Shown here piece after piece: positions 55,121 through 64,000 of a DNA stretch of 64,000 bases. Each line of letters begins with the position of its first letter. Within the stretch, counting starts at the first letter, position 1. The translations under genes were made by a program, and so were the position numbers. This DNA is from the human T2T-CHM13v2.0 reference genome, Homo sapiens. Where the stretch lies: the NCBI RefSeq assembly GCF_009914755.1, contig NC_060929.1; one strand, 5' to 3'. The notes beneath the pieces are model-generated. The model ran no database searches, was not told where the DNA came from, and saw only the letters and a program-made list of their open reading frames with translations.

Positions 55121-57115
55121 ATCTGGGCCTTAAGTGAAAGACAATGATGGCCTGATCTGCCTTTGGGAATGGGGGATAGAAATGACTCATCAGTGTCCCC
55201 TTTAAATCCACCACTCCAGACATGGCTAGGGTGTCAAAAGCAAGTCCTGTTACTATAAACTATCAAAAATGTTGAATCTATTAGGGGCTAAAAAGAGTAA
55301 GGGGATGGGGAAGTGTGGGTTTAGTTGAGCTGAGATGGGCTATGGCTATTGAGAAAGGCTATAATCTTGGACAAAGAATTTCTAACTCACAGAACAGGTC
55401 TGGAGTTAGAGTTAAGGATTCCTGAGTCTGGCCATGAAGAAGAGCCAACTCTTTTATTCCCATTATGTTATAAATTTTCCCAGCACCTAGCACAGTGCCT
55501 GGCACTAGAAATGGATCAAATGATAACCTGTTGAATGAACCAAGGAACCAATCAAGCAATGATATGCTATTGAATCCTAAAGCAGATCCCATGGGTCTGA
55601 GTACAAGCCAGACATATGTACCTTTCCACTTTCCTGTTTGTAAGAAGCACATTTTTCTTCTCCTTTGTTAGAAAAATGTGAACATCTGGGAGGATAAAAC
55701 TCAACTATTAGTGGACAAAATCATAAGGATATATGACCCGTGCATCACAAAATCGATAGGGAAAAGTGGTCACAGCCTCTAAATAACCCTGATAAGTCTC
55801 TGAGGACAGCAAGCAGTGAGGATCATCGTGAGCCTGTGACATCTCCATGGTGTGAGGGTCAAGGTGGTGAGGGGATCACAGAGAACAGAAGTGGCCAATT
55901 GTCTGTGCAGTGGGAGCATGACAAGAAGGAGGTCCCAGCAGAAAGGCCCAAGAACCATGCAGCAGTGTGGCCAGGAGTCACCAAGATGTCCCCTACAGCA
56001 ACTCTTTAGTCATGGGCTCCACTCTGCAAGTTAAACCTTACACAGAAAAACAGGAAGACAGATGAAAATGGTGTAGCTCTGGCTGGAGGAGATGGGGAGG
56101 GCAAGAGCTCTACTCCCACCCACCATGTCTTACAGAAAACCCTGACACACGCACCCATACACTGGCTCCTTTGTGTCTAGCAATGTTAGTCTAGCAATGT
56201 TAGATCCTCAGGGGATGGTTGTCGGATATGAAAATGAAGAAGCAAACTCCTATCAATTCTATGATTTCCCTTTAGTTCATTATCCTGGTGAAACGTACCC
56301 ATTCTCAATCACAAATGGCCATACTTCACCCAAGGAGAGTTCCAAGAACAAATTATCACCTCCTTTCTCTACTTCCATAACCCCTGCCTCCCTGCCTGTA
56401 AATCCTATTATTAGAGCTTAGGTGAAATGCCCCTCTAGAAGAGGCTTTTCCTCATCTTTCCAATAGAAATAAAGCCTTCCCTCATCCCTCCAATAAATAT
56501 AAATAGACATATTTTATCCCAGCCCCTTTTTCTGTGAAACAATTTTCTTGTTGTTGGTTTGAGTTAAAATGACCTGTCACACACTTGTCCCTACCCCCAT
56601 TCATCTGTGAATCCCTGAGGCACCCCCAGAAAAGAACAGTGCCTTATTTGGGGCCTGTGCAGGGCCAGATGCATTCTAGATGTGCAGTAAGTGTGAATTA
56701 GGTGTGCACTGATGTCACACCCCTTCCTTCCACTGCACTGGCACAAGGCAGCATCACGACCCCCCCTTACTGGTTTGCTCCCCATCAGTTGAGCTATATG
56801 ACTTGCCTCTTTTGAACAGCTGGCTATCCCACCTTCTCCAGGAAGCTTGTCTAGATTAACTTCAGGATCACATGCCATTCTCAGAACCATCCCTTCTTCT
56901 TCCCCTCCAACCAGCCCAGTTACACAGGATAGAATATTTTTATTTTGCTTGTCTCCATGGCCAGAGAACATCTCTGAGTCTGCTAATGCAGCAGCTTCTC
57001 AAGGGCAAGGCCTGGAGCCCACCACGCTTCCCAAGCCCCAGTTTTGGCATAGAGAAGTGTTAGAACAAGCCGACATGAAGTATTTTTGATAACATAAAAA
57101 GACAAGAAAACCAAC

Positions 57116-57242
57116 CTTGGATGTGTAGGAGTGGCCATCTGAGCCGCAGACCATGGCTGACTGTGCCACGGGACAGGGCTTGCACTTGACCAAATTCGAA
57201 GGTCCAACCCAGTGTTTCTGGGCCACGTTCCCCTTCTTTTGC
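57116..57242 (-). CDS. SPOCK1: SPOCK1 (testican-1) internal coding exon, 127 bp, probably exon 5; N-terminal half of the Kazal/follistatin-like domain
   Basis: Minus strand reads polypyrimidine tract ttatcccttttttctcatctttag|G CAA AAG AAG GGG AAC… and ends …ACA TCC AAG|gttggt. Translation (R)QKKGNVAQKHWVGPSNLVKCKPCPVAQSAMVCGSDGHSYTSK contains the Kazal VCGSDG motif and matches testican-1 as I recall it. Exon number is from memory. Confidence 0.96.
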
Positions 57243-58154
57243 CTAAAGATGAGAAAAAAGGGGATAAATTAGTTGAAGCTCCAGACCCTATGAGTCTTTC
57301 CTCTAAGTTCCCAGAATAAAAGGCCAAATAAATAAAGGACTATCCAACCAGGCCAAGGGATCCTGAGGGCCTTAGCCAGCACTTCCATTTGCTCCAACTC
57401 ATTGATAGGAAGCAGAGGATTTTGTCCCAGAAGCATAGATTCAACAAACCAGATGGACTGAGGAAAACAATGTAGCCGTTGAAAACATGACTACTGACAT
57501 GGGAAGATTTTTACAACACACAGAAAAAAAAAGAAAAAAAACGGTGAGGGAATATGGCTTAATCAGCCCCAATACCGTATGTGGCATATCACGGGTGCCC
57601 AGAGAACAGCACCCCAAAGTCTGAGACTCTCCTGGGACTCACAGGCAGCCTTTTGTGTGGAGGACGCACGGGCAACTCAATGAGCGCTTTAGACAAAAGC
57701 ACACCTCTGAACACAACTGAAAGACTTTATCACAGCTGTAGAAAACTATCTCTGGATATATTTTAAAGTAATTTCAGTCCAGCTTCCAATCTGCCATTTG
57801 ATAGAGGCTCTGAGGTGATGTCACTTTCAACTGTTAAAATAATCAGAATTCTACTCTTTCATTCCAGCTCAAGTTTTTCCCCATTCTAACCTTTGTCATA
57901 ATGATAAATGTCGCTATTAGGATGACTTACGTCCACGGAAGGAACCCCATCACTATATCATAAACCACTGAAATAAAGGCCTGCAGTTACTGCCACCCTT
58001 CCTCTCTTAGCCAAAGCTGTTCTCCAAGCAAACCGCTTGGAGCGACTCCCAGGGCCCTGGGGCTGAGTTCTGGTTGAAGGCTACCCGTCTCTGGATAGCC
58101 CATCAATCAGGCAATTACTGTGCCTTTGAAATGTTTGGCACTGGCCTTCCTGCA

Positions 58155-58410
58155 TGATGATTAGTGCTTGGGCTCTGGAGTCAGAAAGTACAAGTTCAAA
58201 TCTCAGCTCTGTCATTCACTCACAGTGCGACCTTGGCAAGGTATTTAATGGTACAAATCTCAGTTTCTTCATTAGTAAAATGGAGGAAAATAGAATTGAC
58301 TTCAAGTGGATATTATGAAGATTAAATGAGTGGATGTATCTGAAGTACTCAGCAGAGTGCCTGCAAAATAGGAAGCAGTAAAAATGGTAGCCATTATTAC
58401 AATTATTACT
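58155..58410 (+). mobile_element. MIR
   Basis: gggctctggagtcaga…gaccttggcaag…ctcagtttcttcat…gattaaatgag. Confidence 0.8.
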
Positions 58411-61042
58411 TGCCCCCACAGGTGGGGGTATGGAGGATGAAATTACCATAACCATAGAAATGTGATTAATCCTCAGTCCCCAGGCTTGGAATGGCATTTA
58501 ATTTTCAAAATAATTCATGGAAGCAGAAGACGGAAATATTTTCTACCAGGTGTGGAATGAATCTCCAGTCCTCAGGAATTCAGGTTTGGTATCTAGGGTA
58601 ACCTACCCTCTTCCAAATGAAGGAAAGTGAGCAAGAAAGAAAGATGCATAAAGCCAAGAGGACCGTTAATTTGGTTCTTATTCTACCTCAAACCTACTCT
58701 AGCAATTTGGGGGAGGTGGTAGGAGGAAAAAGGTCTGTTTGGGGAACAACCTTTGAGGGTGACATCAGAGAGGATCAACAGGTACCCACAGCACAGCACA
58801 TGGGGCCCTCAGAGATCCTAGGCTGGGCAGGCCACAGGGCTGAGCCTGTCTAACCACAGAACCAGAGAAGAAAGTCTTATGAGTGTCCCCTGAAATCACC
58901 TTGCTTGTTCAACTTGCTTGTCTTACTAGCAGGGAAAACTGAAACTCAATGAGAGCCAGAGTCTTACCTAAAGTCGTGGAGCTGATCAGTAACTAGATTT
59001 CAGATGGCATGCACACAGCTGTAGAGAGTGTCCAGGGATGTGTCTCTCTTCTTTAGCCCATCTCAGCCCAACCTAGATTACCAGCTTGAAAATTCTTTGA
59101 GGGCACCCATATGTGTGTCATTTGGGGTCTTCTCTCCAACACTTCACTGCTTTCATAGCTGCTGCTCACCTTGGCTTTGCCCTCTGGATTTTTTAAAGTC
59201 TATTATTTGCATTTATAAATTACATGGGCATGAGGCCTCCTATTATCCTTCATCAAACATACGGTACTCTTTCAGGATTTGTTCTAGGATACTGATAAAG
59301 GGATGGTGGGTGGGACTCCTTGTGGTGAAAGAGGGGGCTGTCAGCATGGGGTTAATCTTAGGGTACGTGATTCCTTCAGCAGAACACTAGACTTAATCAT
59401 CATTTACACAGCAGATTGTCTGACACTGATAATGAATCAGCAAATGCAGGAAGTAGTTCTGGCATTTAGCAGCCCTGCTCCTGGGTCAGTCCCCAGTCTG
59501 CATATCTACAGCTGAAGCAATTCTTGTTATGAGTTCCCAGAAAGGGGCTATAAAGTCCAAAGAGTGGGCAGCTTTGCTGGAGCAGACATAACCATGTAAA
59601 ATGATGACCTAGAGGAAAAAAGCCTAAGGGAGCTTAGCCAAAGTCAAGGGAGGGAGACGTAAGCACTGAACCAATGGCTTTGAAGAAAAGATGGAATCAG
59701 CTATCAATCACCAGTTAATGACAAATCATCTCTATCACTGGACCTGAACTTCACCATTAAAGTAAGTTCATTAAAGGGAAGCAACGAGGTGAGGCTGACT
59801 GGTGCCTATCAGAGGGCCTGGTGCATCCTGGACGCTAAAGATATCCCTGTAGGGTGGCGGGGTCGGTGGGGGGAGTCCCTATGTGCTGACCACTGCAGTG
59901 GTATCTCAGCAGTTAATCACAAAATCACAGAATGTCAGAACGAGAAAACACCTTAAAACTACTCTACTTCAATAACTTTATTTTCTAGGTGAGAAACTAG
60001 AGACACAGAGAGGAAGTGACTTTCCCAGTGTCACCGAGAAATATGGCAAAGTTACATCATCTAAAATTGTTGAACGGAAGTTGTTCAGGAAACCAGCATC
60101 AATCTGGGACTATTTTCATCCCCTGTTTTGGCATATGTACTTTCATTACCAACCTTCAGTTTTATAAATAATAGTCTTCTGAAACATTGTTCCTGGCTCT
60201 ATACCTGCAGAGCAGCAAGCTGGACATACTTGATATCAGGTGGTTATGAATTATGCTCAGGTAAAATCACCTTTGACTTCTCCTAGGACACCTTGGGGGC
60301 TCTGGGCACAAAGGGCAAGCCATTCTGAATGCTCTCAATTCTAATGAAACAAGAATACCTGTTAGATGGGGGCAAACTCAGCTGTTGCTTACCTCCACAA
60401 GGTAGGACTCTAGTGGAGATAGCACATGATTCTGAAGTCTCTTTCCAGAGGCCAAGTATGTAAAGTTATGTACAAGTATATGTGAGCCCAGGGAAGCATA
60501 ACTTCCCTGGCTATTGTATATTTTAATCTCCACAATTCAGTGCAAATCATAAAAAAATAACTAACCCAGTCAAGGCAAGGGACTAAAATTTTTAATCAAG
60601 ATATTTCTTCATTTCTCTTGAGTCAATGAAGAGTGAAATCCAATGAAGGTATCTTGATGGGATTGTTATGCCCAATGTCACAGATATTTGTCAACTGGGG
60701 TGACACAACAATTTAGTCTGAGAGCAGGTTCTGTCAGCCTTCTCTCATTGGCCAGCGAGCCCTAAATCCACCCCAGCCCAGCTGGTGCCAAGGGGCAGCC
60801 ACATCTCCTGCAGGCTGATGGCACCACACACAAAATCCCAACCCTCAAGCCATCCACGATGGCAAGAAGACAGATAATCAACAGATCACTGGCATTTCCT
60901 ATTCCTTTTTGTTCAACTGTATATTCTCCATCTTTTTTTAAAAAGTATAATCAAATTCCCAGCATTATGTTTGTGAAGCAAAGGAATGATTTTTAGGTGC
61001 AAATCCGATCATGTGATTCTCCTGCTTAAAACCTCTATCTTC

Positions 61043-61352
<310 letters not shown>

Positions 61353-64000
61353 CTACCTCCTAGGGCATAGTCTATACTCCAAGCTTGAGAATTAAACTGT
61401 CCCAGCCTACCTTCACAGGCTCCCTGTCTACCTGCTCCCCTCCCCAACACACACATGCACACTGACCACGACCAACATCAATTTTTGCTCCAGCCACTCT
61501 CAGCCGTTTCCCAGAGCCAGCTCTTTCCCATGTGCCATCATGTGGGTTTTCCTTGACCCACATTTCTCCCCTCCATCCACCTTTCTCTGTGGCCTGGCTA
61601 AAATATCAGTTCCCCAGGAAGCCTCCTAGGTCCCTCCAAAGGCAGTCAGGCTGCACTCCCACTCCACCATAGCCTAGTGACCACTTCTGGTTGGGTTCTC
61701 TGACTAATTTCCAAGCAAGCACCTTGATTTAACTTGACAAAAGGTTAAGAGGTTATTATTCCAACAGGACATGGGGCACACCCAGGCTAAAAGCCTGGGA
61801 AGCCCATGCTGGACACCTCCATCTTCCTGCTCATACCAGTTTTCCCTGCCATGCAGTCCTATTAAGTTCTATCTCCAGCCAGCCATATCTACCACTTAAG
61901 TGTCTCTTCCACGTGTCATGCAAATTCAAGTCTATAGGACTGGACAATTATTTTCCATCTGCATAACAATGTCTATTCCTTGTTCAAGCTTCAAATCCAT
62001 TGCTTTCTGTGAAGTCTTGCTGACCCTGTAAACTTCATCCCAAGTAGTTAACCATGACATTGTTTATTCCAGCATTATAACCTGTTCAGTCCCAACTGTG
62101 GCATTCACTACAATGTGAAAGTTCTTTTTGTGTCTATCTTCCTCAATATACTATGTACTCCTTAAGAGAGGTGACTGGGCCTTAATCATGTTTGTGCTTC
62201 TGGTACTTAGAAATAGGGGAACACTTGGCACATGATCCTACTCAGTCCATAAGTGAACATATTAATTTGGACCTTTAGAATTTTCTCCTTTTATTTCTGG
62301 AAAATGTTAGCACTATGGTGAAGACAAAAATGGTGTGTTGTTTTAAGCAACAAGAATTCAACAGGCTCTTGTTTCCAGAAATCCTAATTCAGACTATGAA
62401 AAAAAAAAACCATTTAGCAAAAAATCCCACAAAACTCTAGAAACAACTGAGAAGTGGGTGGAGGGAGCTCCCCTGTGCATCAGCGGGCTAAGGATTCCCA
62501 TACTCTAGAAGTCAGACAGTTTCCAAAGCTGCATGAGGGCCTCTGATGATGTGGTTCCAAACTGTCAGCAGATATTAATCTTCAGGATTCAGGAATGATA
62601 AATCAGAATGCTGAAATAATGTTTTTCTATATTTATCACAATATTTTATGTGTTTTTTTAAATAAGCAAGAAATATTAAGTTTAGTAGTATTTATAAAGA
62701 CATGCAGCCTAGAGCAAAAATTCAAACACTGTGAACTGTCATCCAACATTATTGGGTAGTACTCAATTAACATAACATTTGGATCTTCTAACAAGTTAAC
62801 AGTACTGCCCAGAATCACATGTTGATATTATCAAATTGAAGACTTACTTTGCTATAAAACAATTCTTTGGAACCCCACTCAGAGGATTTTTATAAAATAT
62901 AGTATTGAAACAAATCTATTCACATTCATCTTATTTACAAGAACAACTCTCCATGAGTGGCTGACAGGACTATAAGCACAATCTTTTAAGATGGCAACAG
63001 CTACAAGCAAGATGGACTGCCCAGGTCATAACCCCTCTCTTCAAGGTGCTCCTGTCCTGGTTCCTGGGAATGTCAACCTTAACCTTCAACTCCGCACGTC
63101 AGTGTTTCCCACTCTTGCTTTAGACAGGACCCCACTAAGATATCCCCACCCTCACCAACCCATACCCTGTGACCTCCCCCACAGGGGACACCAAGGGAGT
63201 CCTTGAAGACATCAATGTGACCCAGCATTTCACTTGACCATGGCATAATGGGGCCATAGCCAGGGCCGACAGCAAGCAGGTGGCAAGACAGAGTAATTTT
63301 TTTTTAGCAATAAATACATGTACAGGTGTAAATTTCCTGACATAATCCTGCTGAATGAAATTCAACAATCTGTGTCAAAAATATTTTAATAATGGGGAAA
63401 GTAGCTGCTAAAAACGTGTAGAATTGCTGACTTTTTCTTTCAGTCACTGAAGGAGGGCCATTCATTTTACTCAGTACACTCTGCCATCTACCATGTTTGT
63501 ATAACTTTAGATAAAACTGTTTTCGCTCTGCATATGAACAGCTGCTGAAGGAGTAAAGCAATTCCAGATAATGAAGACCAGCAGCAGCAGTCAACTTGTT
63601 TCGTGTGGCTACTACATGCCGGTCTAATTGCCCTGAACGCATCTCCCTGATTCCTCACACATAGCAACTACTCTGAGGGTAAATGCTATTAATAAACCCA
63701 TTTTACAGATCGAAAAAATAAGGCATACATAACCAGTCCTAGTAACTGGACCTTCTTTTCTGTCCTGTCTTTGTTCTCTTATCACATCTCTAAGACAGAG
63801 ACCTGTCAGCTCAAAGGGATGAAGAATCCACCAGAGAATGATCCCTCTCCAATAATAAGAGTGTTTGTTTCCTGGCACAGAAGGATTACATGCATTTTAC
63901 TTTCATGTTACTATCAAATCGCCTATTCAAAAATAATGAATTTGTTTGCCAAATCAAAACTAATTGCTTCTAAAGCAGATAGTTAACATAGTGGCTATTT

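Noticed and set aside
56999-57226. 75-aa ORF as an independent small gene
   Set aside because: It is the SPOCK1 exon plus intronic read-through from an internal GTG.
62515-62880. Possible old hAT/Charlie-type DNA transposon fragment
   Set aside because: AT-rich with suggestive ends, but I could not match it to a family or find clear TIRs or a TSD.

Overview
This is repeat-rich primate genomic DNA, almost certainly human because it carries a near-consensus AluYb8 (a human-specific subfamily). It is not prokaryotic, so most ORFs in the supplied track are chance ORFs or repeat-derived. The window lies inside SPOCK1 (testican-1), transcribed on the minus strand. Two coding exons are visible, 57242-57116 (127 bp) and 12509-12395 (115 bp). 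They have canonical AG/GT boundaries, splice in phase across a 44,606-bp intron, and together encode the Kazal/follistatin-like domain (…CKPCPVAQSAMVCGSDGHSYTSK|CKLEFHACSTGKSLATLCDGPCPC…). The rest is intron, filled with Alus, L1/L2/MIR fragments, MaLR LTRs, DNA transposon fossils (Tigger1, MER47A, MER1A, MER5, half a MADE1), an ERV1-type internal fragment and simple repeats. I see no evidence for a new multi-gene system. The best leads are a decayed retroviral Env transmembrane motif, a perfect unused splice donor 120 nt past the 115-bp exon, a possible intronic polyadenylation isoform, the very young AluYb8, a three-layer nested insertion and inverted Alus around the exons. Repeat subfamily names and exon numbers come from recalled consensus sequences, not a database search, and boundaries of old repeats are approximate.
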